From positions 16,802,001 to 16,866,000 of the forward strand of contig OX597829.1 in the NCBI GenBank assembly GCA_951406725.2: a stretch of 64,000 bases of DNA. The letters are read 5' to 3'. The notes below the pieces were generated by a model, which worked only from the letters and a program-made list of their open reading frames with translations, was not told the origin of the DNA and made no database searches. This stretch comes from Octopus vulgaris (lineage: Eukaryota). Below are positions 29,129 through 41,207 of the stretch, piece after piece (position 1 is the first letter of the stretch; every line of letters begins with the position of its first letter). The translations under genes were made by a program, and so were the position numbers.

Positions 29129-29159
<31 letters not shown>

Positions 29160-29455
29160 AACAACTACTACTACTACTACAACTAATACAACAACAACAA
29201 CACCATCACCACCACCAGCTGCTGCTGCTACTACTACTACTACTACTGCTGCTGCTACTGCTGCTGCTACTACTACTACTACTACTACTACAACAACAAC
29301 AACAACAACTACTACTACTACTACTACTTGTACCACCGTTGCTCTTGTTGTTGCTGCTACTACTACTTGCACTACTACCACTGCCACTGCTGCTTCCACT
29401 GCTGCTGCTACTGCTGCCACTACTACTACTACTACTACTACTATTACTACTACTC
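28830..29455. repeat. Compound (CTA/CAA/CCA/CTG)n array with three higher-order units
   Basis: caacaacaccatcaccaccaccagctgctgctgctact-like unit recurs near 28870, 29090 and 29195. Confidence 0.9.
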
Positions 29456-29864
29456 TTTTCACGACAATAGTTATATAATGTGTCAATTGCCCCACCACAC
29501 ACACACACACACTTTCTTAATATATCTACGGGTGTATAGATACTCATCTTGCGTACGTATTTAGAGATACGCACATAAGATGAGTGGAGATATCAAGCAG
29601 AACCAAAAATTATCAGATACTGTCTCACAGAATGTAACAACATGGCGATCCGATAAGAGCCGTGGGTGGCAATGTGTTAAGTTTTAAGTCCTTTTGATAA
29701 ACTTTGGGTTTTTCTCATGATCCTAAAATTTATTTCGCTTCGACCAGCTGCTGTCTAAAAGTGCACGTATAACTTTCGTTTTTAAAGAAGAAGAAGCAGA
29801 AAAAAGCAACGTAAAAAGAGAAAAAAACTCTTTTTGCCTTTAACTCTTTTGTATTTAAACCGTC

Positions 29865-30010
29865 CTCACCTTCAGCCATGGCCGAAAAACGGCTTCAGAA
29901 CCTGGCACATACATTCCTCACTGTGTCCCTGAAAAGATCTTCAGATATTTCCTTGATCTTGGCCACCAGCTTGGTCTTGGTGTTGTGACAGAACGCTTGG
30001 TGCATTTCCC
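29865..30010 (-). pseudogene. C-terminal fragment of Tc1/mariner (maT-like) transposase
   Basis: Minus HNTKTKLVAKIKEISEDL.RDTVRNVCARF*SR. Confidence 0.55.
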
Positions 30011-30039
30011 AAAGGCAAGGAAATACAACCACGGGAATT

Positions 30040-31055
30040 TGATGTATAGACATGTGTTGAGGCTGAAGTATCTCTGGCTCTACCTGGATGGTGAACAGGT
30101 GTGATCTCCGTTCGTCAAACTGATTCTTCCTCGCTTCACTAGTTTCGGTGGGTTGGAACCGTGGATAAAGTGTAGACCTAAGTTGGGTGCGTGGCTGGCC
30201 ATTTATCTGCAGGCACTAACGCTTCTCTACCAGACGGTTAATGCCGGTGGGTGGGGGTTCACCGCCTCGTCAGTTCATAGAGGGCTGGTAGAGGCAAAGT
30301 GTGACGATGATATGGGGGAAACCCTGCGCTTCGATAAAGCTCAGCTTATTGGTTTGTTCCGAAGGACATTCGGGCCGGGGCATTTGGATAACTTCCAGAG
30401 GTCTCTGGCTTGGCAGTGTTACCGAGGAGCCTTACCTGTTCGGCAGAAACTCGCCAGGCACGGCTTTCTATGCCAGACCACTGCCCAAGATGCAAGAAGA
30501 GCAGGGAAACTGTTCTGCACGCTATTGTGCAGTGTCCGAGGTTATCGGAGTTGTGGATTTTTGTCGAACACTTGCTGTCGTATTTAGGAAGAGTACAGTT
30601 GTCTTCCGAGTCTGTTCCTCCGCCCGCCCCCCCTCTGAAAGGAAGGGGAAGGTCTGTTTTTTACTGTAGTAGCGATTACATGAGAGGTAGTGTGGAAGTC
30701 GCGCATGAAAGGAATAGGGACAGGGTCGACTTCATCTCCAGCCGGGGGAGATGCTTTCCAACTCAAGAGGAAGGTGAGGCGAGAGAGGAGTTGCCTGTCA
30801 CTGAGTATATACGAGGAAATATGGAAGAAAGCGGCATACATGTTGAGAGTAAATGTACCTACTTAAGAGAAGACAAAATGGATCATGAAATGTTCAGTGG
30901 TGGATCGTGGTCTGTGGGGTCATACCCATTCATTACTCCATGTTATAGTTATTCATGTTATATTTGAAATGAAAAGATCATCCGATAAATCATTCGATGG
31001 CGAATCACCCCTGACGCCTTGTCTGTCCCCTCTATGTTAGGCCTTATGGCCATAA
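30040..31055 (+). mobile_element. 5'-truncated Tx1/L1-clade LINE (zf-RVT, 3' UTR)
   Basis: LDNFQRSLAWQCYRGALPVR.KL..H and CPRC...RETVLHAIVQCPRL..LW; tail tgtctgtcccctctatgttaggccttatggcc. Confidence 0.8.
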
Positions 31056-31059
31056 TATA

Positions 31060-31462
31060 TATTTCTTTATTGCCCACAAGGGGCTAAACATAGAAGGGAC
31101 AAACAAGGACAGACAAACGGATTAAGTCGATTACATCGACCCCAGTGCGAAACTGGTACTTTATTTATCGACCCCGAAAAGATGACAGGCAAAGTCACCT
31201 CGGCGGAATTTGAGCTAAAAACGTAAGGACAGACGAAATACCTATTTCTTTACTACCCACAAGGGGCTAAACACAGAGGACAAACAAGGACAGACAAACG
31301 GATTATATCGACCCCAGTGCGTAACTGGTACTTATTTAATCGACCCCGAAAGGATGAAAGGCAAAGTCGACCTCGGCAGAATTTGAACTCAGAACGTAGC
31401 GGCAGACGAAATACCGCTAAGCATTTCGCCCGGTTCGCTAACGTGTCTGCCAACTCGCCGCT
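31060..31462 (-). mobile_element. SINE family A dimer
   Basis: Two monomers in reverse complement. Confidence 0.88.
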
Positions 31463-31527
31463 TTAATATAATAAAATTATATGGCCATAATATAATAAAA
31501 TCCTTTCATAATTTAGACACATAAGGT

Positions 31528-32735
31528 ATGACCCGATTGTCAGTAGCACAGGGAGAACAAGCTATTGGCCGAATGCAAGCAGGACAGCGTGCCCTGTTTG
31601 TTGCGAAAGCTTACGATATCCAAGTCGGAACCATCTATCGCTTGCAACAACGATACACCAACAGCACTGCAGACCGTGCCCGCAGAGGGCACCCCCGGGT
31701 GACCACGCCTAGGCAGGACCGCTTCATCCACCTGCAACACCTCCGTGATCTCTGAAGACCGGCCAGCGTGACAGCTCACGAAACCATTGGCACCGGAGGG
31801 CGACCCATCATCGGCGACACGGTTCGACGTCGACTGGACGTCAACAACCAGCGTTACCGTCGTCCTGCACGAGGATCGGCCTCACGCCCCGCCACCGTCA
31901 GGCACAACTACAGTGGGCATCAACCATGGATGTCCCTAGTCTTCTCTGACGAGAGCCGGTACTGTGTTTCCACCTCAGATGGCAGAGTGAGGGTGTAGTG
32001 TAGGAAGGGGTGAACGTTACAGAGACGCATGTGTCGTGGGGAGAGACGCGTGTGTGGCCAAAGTATCGTTGTGTTGGAGTGCAATAGGCCTGAATCAGAG
32101 AATTGAGCCCCATGTGTTCTAAAATGTTGGTGCAGGCAGAGGGAATGGCATCACAGCACAACCCTACGTTGACCAGATCCTAAAACTTCACATCGTGCCC
32201 TTCTTCGCGCGTCACCATAGCAACATATCCCAACAGGACAATGCTCCCTCACACACGACCAAGGTCACCATGGACTTCCTGCGTTAGCACAACATCAGAA
32301 CCATGAGCTGATCCGGCTCTCAGCCCGGATTTGAACCCAATTGCATACCTGTGGGATGAAATCTAGAGACGGCTGAACCAGGTGGTCCTAAGGCCGACAA
32401 CTCATGTGGAACTGGAGGCAGCTTTCCTCAGTGTGTGTGTACAGGTGCCAATGGCTGTTTTGAACTGTCTCATGTACTCCATGTACCGACGGCGTATGGC
32501 AGTTTTGAACACCCAGGGAGGGCATACACGGTATTGAACATATCACGCCCTACAATCTCTATGTGCTGGATCCGCCCACTACCAGAACACATGACAAAGA
32601 CCCATAGACTGTGGCCAAAGTGCATCCAAGAACTTGACTTTATCAGATTTATCACAATTTATCTCTGACATAATGAATTTAAAACATATTTCACAGTCAC
32701 ACACGTCTCGCGTTTCTTCTGCTGTTCAACGTATA
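31528..32735 (+). mobile_element. Tc1-like transposon (DD34E-type) with pseudogenised transposase
   Basis: HTH with GHPRVTTPRQDRFI, then VFSDESRY, QQDNAPSHT, SPDLNPI..LWD and a terminal GGHTRY. Tc1-like end gcgtttcttctgctgttcaacgtata near 32711-32736. Confidence 0.88.
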
Positions 32736-33064
32736 TTATCTTGCCGAGGCGGCAACCTTTGTCGCCTAACTTGCAGCACGTGACCAAGCATATTAGGGCA
32801 CATAAGCATTATATCTATCTATCTATCTATCTACCTATCTATCTACATACCTACCCATCCATCCATCCATCCATCCATCCATCCATCCATCCATCCATTC
32901 ATCCATACAAACACATGCAAACAGACAAACACACAAATACCTACATGCATACATATATACACACACACACACATATATACACTATACACATAAATACGTT
33001 GGAATTATATATCTACATACACACACTCTCCCACACAGACACAGACACAGACACACACACACAT

Positions 33065-33095
<31 letters not shown>

Positions 33096-33454
33096 CATGC
33101 ATACGAATATATATACAAACACATATATGCATTGTAATGTAATGTTTGTTAGCATGTATACATGTATGTATGTATGTGTCACTAACTTCGTGGCTACGAT
33201 ATTCGAACAAGAATGCGAATGAAACGAGTTTATATCTTCACAAACACAATTAAATGAATAAATAAATAAATAAATAAATAAAAGCAAAACAAAGAAACTG
33301 AAAATGATATCTCGAATAGTCAACTGGTGGCCATTTAAAATTAAGAATAAAGGAACTTGAGGGCATACGTCTGAATCACAGCTCATCTTTTCTTACCCGT
33401 CGATAAATTCGTTAAGAACTAGATCTTCTACAAGTCTAATTAGTTACAGATGTA

Positions 33455-33486
<32 letters not shown>

Positions 33487-33565
33487 AGCGCGTATAGTTA
33501 TATATATACATTCCCATATAGATTATTAGAAGACAGACAGATAGACAGACAGACAGACAGATAGG

Positions 33566-33641
<76 letters not shown>

Positions 33642-33654
33642 CAGATAGATTGAT

Positions 33655-33708
<54 letters not shown>

Positions 33709-34697
33709 GGAGAGAGAGAGAGAGATAGGTAGATAGATAGATATGCATGTTATGCTGTGGATCGTGCTAGTGACCAGGTCGCAGCTTGTGCGACAAAAAA
33801 ATCTGATGCAAAATAATAATTGCTTGATTGAAGTTAACAGTATTTGCGAATTTATGAATGGCTAATATTTGTATTGCTCGTTGAAACAGTTTTAATTAGT
33901 TAGAGCTGTAATAAAAGTTTATCTGAAATAAATAAAACTGAAAAGGCATGGCCTTTACCAAAGACTGTACCAAAATGGGGTGTTTAGATGGAGCCCGGTC
34001 CCACCCACAATTTATCAAATCTGGAATGTGCAGTGATTCGTTTTATCCCCCGCTTTTCTTTTCCTTCACAGATTTTCTCACAGAGTTGAACAGCCTCCTT
34101 GTCATCACCTCTACAAACGCCCACTCTTTTGGAGATAGTTCAACGGCATTTCTCTCTCCGGCATTTTCAACCCTGACGTCATTTTCATGCAACACAGATA
34201 AAGCTAAAGCCAAAGGTGAATTCATGAACAGAAGCCTCGCTAATGTCGTTCTTGACTTGGAACCTGTCTTGTCTCTTTACACAGAATAACAATCACATAC
34301 ACAAACTGCATATGTGTGTACATGATATATATGTATATATACACACACAAACGTACGCACATGCATATATCATATATGTATGGATAGATATGTATGCATG
34401 TATGTATAGATATATACTAATATACGAGTGTATGTAAGCGCATATGTAACTTTATATATATGTTTGTTTTATGTCAAGTCATATGTGTGTTTGTTTGTGT
34501 GTGTGTGTGTGTGTGTCAATATTTGGCAGAAGCAAGTGACTGACTCAGATACGAAAGTTTTGTGCGTTGATGATAATTGTCAACGCACTAAAACTTGGGG
34601 CCTTGAGTGAGTATGTTGCTTCTACTAAATATACATAAAAATATGCATATACATATATTTTGAGTTCCTGTTTGCACCAACATACCTATATATATAT

Positions 34698-35252
34698 ATA
34701 CAAAATCTAAAGGACTGACCACTAAAAGTGGACGTTCAACATGCTAGATACAGACGTTAAAATCGCTATTTTCCACGAAGAATGTGTTCTCAAATAAAAA
34801 CTCAGCACAAACCAAAGTGTAAAAAATAATCAAGACAAATGAAAATATACGAAATAATAACGATTACCTATGTACTGATCAGATATCTAGTCCTGGAAAT
34901 TATATTTGTATACGACAGACTATGCTGATGAGCTTGCAGATTTCCACGTATCCATATGCGTGGATATTAACAAGCGAAACTGATCGGTACATAGGTAATC
35001 GTTATTATTTCGTATATTTTCATTTGTCTTGCTTATTTTTTACACTTTGGTTTGTGCTGAATTTTTATTTGAGAACACATTCTTCGTGGAAAATAGCGAT
35101 TTTAATGTCTGTATCTTGCATGTTGACCGTCCACTTTTAGTGGTCAGTCCTTTAAATTTTGTATGTAAAACTATTTTAATCTTCGGATTTTTTAATATGC
35201 TAGGCCACTGGTTCTAATTGATTAATATCAATTTCTACTCTTATTCAATTTT

Positions 35253-35260
<8 letters not shown>
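34698..35260 (+). mobile_element. Non-coding fold-back element: 185-bp inverted arms (34698-34882 / 34980-35164) around an HHR, within (TA)n
   Basis: The arms read as reverse complements with few mismatches; TA runs on both sides. Confidence 0.85.
34920..34994 (+). ncRNA. Type I hammerhead ribozyme, intact core
   Basis: CTATG-CTGATGA-GCTTG..(tccacgtat/atgcgtgga hairpin)..CAAGC-GAAA-CTGATCG-GTA-CATAG. Stem I CTATG/CATAG, near-palindromic stem III, GUA site at 34987-34989. Confidence 0.9.
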
Positions 35261-35314
<54 letters not shown>

Positions 35315-35376
35315 ACAGGGGTGATGGGGGTGTTACTGTTGCATTTAGCCCGGCGAACATCGGTGTTTTTTATCTA

Positions 35377-35422
<46 letters not shown>

Positions 35423-35667
35423 TATACAATATGTTACATTACACCGTCACGGTGTCCTTATCCTGCAAAGGGAGGTAATTCCCGATGAAGCGGAAACCAC
35501 ACACGGACCATCGGCCTATCGTCGGCGTGTGGCCTCCTTCCTCGACGAATTCTCACTCTGCAGGATATTCATATATAGATTTTCAAGCAAAATACATTTG
35601 CTGATTTCGAAAATCGTTCGAAAGCAATAAATTCTCTAAAAGAGATATAGACAGTAACTGCTCGTCA

Positions 35668-35747
35668 AGATAAAACTAACACCCCACCACCCCTGAGTTT
35701 CAGATGCCAATATGTGGAAATCCACAACACCATCTCTTCGGTTATCT
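35668..35747 (-). ncRNA. PLE hammerhead (CCGAAGA core) with enlarged stem III loop
   Basis: Minus: AGATAA-CCGAAGA-GATG..CATC-t-GAAA-CT[caggggtggtggggtgtt]A-GTT-TTATCT. Confidence 0.7.
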
Positions 35748-35941
35748 GGCTATTTGAAAACGTTATGAAAAAATACCGTTAAAAATGAAGGGACATTACT
35801 CTGTAATAACTCTGCTTTGCCTGCGTACTTATACATCGCTCGCGTTTTTCGTCATAAAAATTATATAAAAATACATAAAAATATATAAAAATATATAAAA
35901 ATATATAAAATCTTCTTGGGACATAACACAGAAAGCATGTT

Positions 35942-37062
35942 CTATCCGTTTTCTTTAGGGGACCAAAAACGTAACAGAAATTTAGTCACATGTGGGCATG
36001 ATCCGAAAAGCTCTGTCCTTGTATTTAGACATGTGGTAGGGTCTAAGCTGCTTTTCCAGATAAGCCATCTCTCCATGTCGCATAAACCGCACCTTCCGCT
36101 GCCGTTAGTGTAGGGCTTACATCTGGCCAAAATCTTCCATTGTATGTTATAATCGACACCTTTATCTCTTAAAGACCAAATATGATTGGATAATTGTGTC
36201 GCTTTTCTTTTGTTCCAGTGCCTAAAGCTCAAAGTGTGGTTATTGAACCTGGCCTTGAAATTACCCTCTGTCAGGCCCACGTATTTCTTCATCGAAACGG
36301 TGTCTTTAGTGGTTATAGAGTTCACGGTAGCTTCATATATGATGGTCTTGGACATGCAAGCCCCATTTAGTGGGCACAATTCTTTATTCCTGCATGAACA
36401 GCTGTTTTCTTCTTGTGTTTTTTGTATGTTATGATTGATTATGTTTTTAAAATTGGTAGTTGAACTAAAACTAATTTTTAAATTGTGTCTATTGAAGAGT
36501 TTCCTATAAGCATGGTTAACTGGAAAATGTCTATCTATCAGTGCTAGGAAATATTTACCTATATTGAAGGCCACCTCGGGTGAGTAAGGGGGCGTAGACC
36601 AGATGACCTTCCTATTTCTATTATTCCTTTTCCTTACTGTTGGGCTGGTGATAGGTGTATATTTTATTTTTTCGCTAAAACCACTATCTTTTAAAGCTTT
36701 ATTATAAACTGGGGCAACGCTATTGAAGATGTCCTCATTAGATGAGAGGCTAGAAATCCTCTTACTAATATTTTTAACTAAATTTTTGAATACTATAGGG
36801 GGATGGCATGAACCTACATTAATATAACTTAGTCTATCATTGGGCTTCCTATAAGGCTTATAAATATTATTATTAAGATCTAAGGAAACGTCTAAGAAAT
36901 TGACAACCGTCAGGTTAGTGTCTATAGTTATACTAAGTCCGAAGTGTTTCATTAACTGGATAATATCCTTCCTAAAACGATCTTGTGCTGGTCCATTTGT
37001 ATTAGCTGTTAAGGCGAGGGCATCATCTTTTTAGATGGCGAAATGTACGTTAGGGAATGTCT
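35942..37062 (-). pseudogene. PLE reverse transcriptase (C-terminal part) + Cys-rich linker + GIY-YIG endonuclease
   Basis: FAI*KDDAL (disrupted YxDD, TAA at 37031-37033), VNFLDVSLDL, YKPYRKPN, SCHPP, CSCR..CPLNGAC, IIYEATV..KYVGLTE..FKARFNNH, LNTRTE. Confidence 0.92.
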
Positions 37063-37429
37063 TAAAGACACCGTTTCGACGAAGAAATACGTGGGCCTGA
37101 CAGAGGGTAATTTCAAGGCCAGGTTCAATAACCACACTTTGAGCTTTAGGCACTGGAACAAAAGAAAAGCGACACAATTATCCAATCATATTTGGTCTTT
37201 AAGAGATAAAGGTGTCGATTATAACATACAATGGAAGATTTTGGCCAGATGTAAGCCCTACACTAACGGCAGCGGAAGGTGCGGTTTATGCGACATGGAG
37301 AGATGGCTTATCTGGAAAAGCAGCTTAGACCCTACCACATGTCTAAATACAAGGACAGAGCTTTTCGGATCATGCCCACATGTGACTAAATTTCTGTTAC
37401 GTTTTTGGTCCCCTAAAGAAAACGGATAG
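37063..37429 (+). pseudogene. Inverted duplicate of the GIY-YIG C-terminal half
   Basis: Peptide KKYVGLTEGNFKARFNNH...WSPKENG is identical to the minus-strand ORF. Confidence 0.92.
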
Positions 37430-37613
37430 AACATGCTTTCTGTGTTATGTCCCAAGAAGATTTTATATATTTTTATATATCTTTATGTATTTTTATATAA
37501 TTTTTATGACGAAAAACGCGAGCGATGTATAAGTACGCAGGCAAAGCAGAGTTATAACAGAGTAATTTCCCTTCATTTTTAACGGTATTTTTTCATAACG
37601 TTTTCAAATAGCC

Positions 37614-37676
37614 AGATAACCGAAGAGATGGTGTTGTGGATTTCCACTTCGGCATCTGAAACTCAGAGTTTTATCT
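37614..37676 (+). ncRNA. PLE minimal hammerhead (CCGAAGA core)
   Basis: AGATAA-CCGAAGA-GATG..gtgg/ccac..CATC-t-GAAA-CTCAGA-GTT-TTATCT. 6-bp stem I, palindromic stem III, GUU site. Confidence 0.78.
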
Positions 37677-37772
37677 TGACTACCGAGTAATGTAACATAT
37701 TGTATAGATAAATTTCCTCTATTTACATAATATTGAGGTCTCTTTCTTTCTTTTGTTATCTTACCGTTTTAT

Positions 37773-37840
<68 letters not shown>

Positions 37841-37880
37841 TCATTAAAACAAATTTCATAGTAAACTGAAAGATGACTCA

Positions 37881-38080
37881 AATTAATAAAGCGTCCGTTG
37901 ACGAGGTCAACCGTCAGCAACAAATGATGGGTTACCCTCTTTAGCTTACTATTTTTTGCCGCCCTCTTCAAGCCTAGCCAGGCTCATGGGCCCGGTTTCC
38001 CGGTTTCTGTGCCGTATATCTCTCCCCACGCCACTCAGCTGGACGGGACGCCAGTCTATCGCAGCGTTACTCAAGAAACA

Positions 38081-38120
<40 letters not shown>

Positions 38121-38469
38121 GAGAAAGTTGTGGCGAAAGAGTACAAACAATTTGCGTTTGGTTTCTAAGAATTTTAATCTGAACCCAATATGGATATAAA
38201 GAAAACACATCGGATCGTCTAGGTTCGTATCTTGACTATTCTCTAGGACAGAGGTAAGAATAGCACAAGTTGTCCACATTTCCAAACCGTCTGTTACACA
38301 GAAGACAAATTCGTCATTCTATAGAGTTGAACGAAATAAGCGTGGTAGACTTGTGCCGGTTCCTGCAAAACGAACGCTTCACTCCAGGTGCGGATTAACG
38401 AATTAATAAAGCGACCGTTGGCGAGTTCAATCGTCAGCAACAAATGATGGATTACTCTCTTTAGCTTAG
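37881..38469 (+). repeat. Two ~68-bp diverged direct repeats (37881-37949, 38401-38468) enclosing a SINE-C-related 3' fragment
   Basis: aattaataaagcg(t/a)ccgttg...cagcaacaaatgatgg...tttagctta occurs twice. Confidence 0.75.
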
Positions 38470-39196
38470 ATTAGCATCAGTTAAGTATAAGATGGTAGCG
38501 ATAGAGACAAATAAAACAGAGGGGAAGTTAGATACTATAAGAGACGTTTAAGAGAGGAATCGCAATCGTCGTGGTAGTGGTGAGGTTAGCACTTGACCAA
38601 TTCTTCAACGCAAAGCACCTAATTTGCATTGTCAGAGCCAGATGCAAGGGGCCGAAAGCCTCTTGAAGAGGCCTAGTAGTGGAGGCGCAACAAGGCAACA
38701 AAAGCACACTTCGCTTTTTGGTGGAGCTTCATTTGCGGATGCTACTCGAGCCCGAGTAGATGTGAACGACATTCAGTTCGGGACGAATGGTAGGCCGGAA
38801 CGCAGGATGGATTTCAGTACTTACCTCAGCGGATTGCCCCAATTCTCTGTAAGAGTGGAAAATTTGCAGAGAGTCGATAATGGTCGCTGAAATACGGGGA
38901 GGTATAGTTAGTTGCAGAGGGTATATGTTGCCTGAACTGAGTGGTCTACTCTACAAGCTTTACTTTTACATGCAAAACCTCTTGGCAAATATCTACCGCA
39001 ACAGCCAGAAAAGTGGGAGAATTTCTAGTTTTGTGAGCCGAACATCACTGCTAAAAAAATGTCTCAACCAAGACGAAAAACATACATAATTTTAGGCCCA
39101 TAGTATTACCAAGATCACATTTCAAAATTTTGGCCAGTGTCAGCAAATAGGTTTGCTGGCACTAGACAAATATGCACCATCCCAAACAGGTCTACC

Positions 39197-39426
39197 CATT
39201 TCTTTATTACCCACAAGGGGCTAAACAGAGAGGGGACAAACAAGGACAGACAAACGGATTAAGTCGATTATATCGGCCCCAGTGTGTAACTGGTACTTAA
39301 TTTATGACCCCGAAAGGATGAAAGGCAAAGTCGACCTCGGCGGAATTTGAACTCAGAACGTAACGACAGACGAAATACGGCCACGCATTTCGCCCGGCGT
39401 GCTAATGATTCTGCCATCTCGCCGCT
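39197..39426 (-). mobile_element. SINE family A
   Basis: TSD AAACAGGTCTACC at 39184-39196 and 39429-39441. Confidence 0.9.
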
Positions 39427-39908
39427 TTAAACAGGTCTACCTGCAACAGCACCCATCTCATGCGATACATCTTCAATTAACAAGATTATCAGTATACAAG
39501 CAGCTTGTAAGCAAAAACTCCCTCTGGCTCAGTGTTTAAAACATAAAATTGTAAAAACACGCGAGAATACAGCACAAAAGGTCGTAAATTAAAATGTTTA
39601 AAATCTATCTAAACTGGACGTTTTGCATGTCCAGTGTACTTTATTTTCTCCGTAGTCGGATGATTCGAAAGCAACGTGGCTATGTTTTACCATATTGGTC
39701 GACTGTAGCTTCTATTTCTGAAACAGTAATCACATTAAGTCGTGTGCGTTCTTTAGATTTAAATGTACCCGCGACATACAAAACGAACTTATCCTGAGCA
39801 AGTATAAATTTAAATCAAATAAGTATTAGACACATTGCATTGGATGTGTGTATCTTAATAGTGAGGGATTTTGGCTCCGCTTATAGCAAGTGGTATTTAA
39901 ATACCCAA

Positions 39909-40322
39909 AGCGGCGATTGGCAGAAACGTTAGCACGCCGGACGAAATGTTCAGTGGTATTTCGTCTGCCGTTACATTCTGAGTTCAAACACCGCTGAGGT
40001 CGACTTTGCCTTTCATCATTTCGGGGTCCATTAAATAAGTACCAGTTACGCACTGGTGTCGATCTAATCGACTTAATCCGTTTGTTTGTCCTTGTTTGTC
40101 CTCTCTGTGTTTAGCTCCCTGTGGGTAGTAAAGAAATAGGTATTTTGTCTGCCGTTACGTTCTGAGTTCAAATTCCGCCGAGGTCGACTTTGCCTTTCAA
40201 CCTTTAGGGGTCGATTAAATAAGTACCAGTTACGCATTTGGGTCTCTATAATCAACTTAATCCGTTTGTCTGTCCTTGTTTGTCCTCTCTAAGTTTAGCC
40301 CCTTGTGGGTAGTAAAGAAAGA
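39909..40322 (+). mobile_element. SINE family A dimer
   Basis: TSD GGTATTTAAATACCCA on both sides. Confidence 0.9.
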
Positions 40323-40803
40323 GGTATTTAAATACCCAATTGAATCTGAATTTAGTTTATATTTTACCTGTAAAGGTGTAAACTTGCGAGCCACCTTATT
40401 ATTATCATTAATATGATTATTAATAACGGTAATAATTCTTCTCTGATGTAAATTTATACAGGCTCACATAAGTTCGTTTTAAATGACACGGGGACATTTA
40501 AAAATAAAGAACGCACATGACGTTATGGGATGAATATTTTAGAAATAGATTTTAACGTGATATTTTCAGCTGATGAGCTCAAAGTGTGATTTTTCGTACA
40601 GAGGGTGAAATCAATTGATCCTGAAATATATATACATACCTTAATTCTGTGTTCCACGCAATGTAAGACTATTTCTGTTATGTTTATTGCATTGGCCATA
40701 CATATCTTAATAGTGAATAATTGGTTGCTTTGGAGCGATGGCACTGTTTATAACAATTGATACACTATTATAACGAGTGATACACTATTGAATCTGAAAT
40801 TAG

Positions 40804-40834
<31 letters not shown>

Positions 40835-40842
<8 letters not shown>

Positions 40843-41142
40843 ATCACGTAACCGACCAGGCTATCAGATATTGCTACACATCGCTGGTCACAATGCGCTT
40901 CGCATTGTTTTAGCCTTCAAATGATGCCACCCCGCTGGCTAAGCGAGCAGGCCAACAGAAGAAAGAGTGAGAGAAAGTTGTGGTGGAAGAGTACAGCAGG
41001 GATCGCCACCCCATGCCGGAGCCGCGTGGAGCTATAGGTGTTTCCGCTCAATAAACACTCACAACGCCCGGTCTGGGAATCGAAACCGCGATCCTACGAC
41101 TGCGAGTCCGCTGCCCTAACCACTGGGCCATTGCGCCTCCAC
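40835..41142 (-). mobile_element. SINE family C
   Basis: Homology to 17953-18246. Confidence 0.9.
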
Positions 41143-41149
41143 ACACACA

Positions 41150-41207
<58 letters not shown>

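Larger units (their letters stand above)
35421..37775 (-). mobile_element. Penelope-like retroelement, 5'-truncated, with head-to-head inverted duplication of EN and pLTR
   Basis: Minus-strand RT C-terminus and GIY-YIG (37062 to 35942). Inverted arms 35664-36308 / 37063-37680 are nearly identical; flanked by (TA)n; an HHR in each arm. Confidence 0.92.

Noticed and set aside
35481-35510. SECIS-like ATGA..AAA..GA in the PLE 3' region
   Set aside because: Wrong spacing, opposite strand to the ORF, and no in-frame TGA in the ORF.
38520-38960. GC-richer ORF 38624..38890 as a host gene
   Set aside because: No recognisable domain; may be a decayed LINE 5'/ORF1 region, but this cannot be supported.
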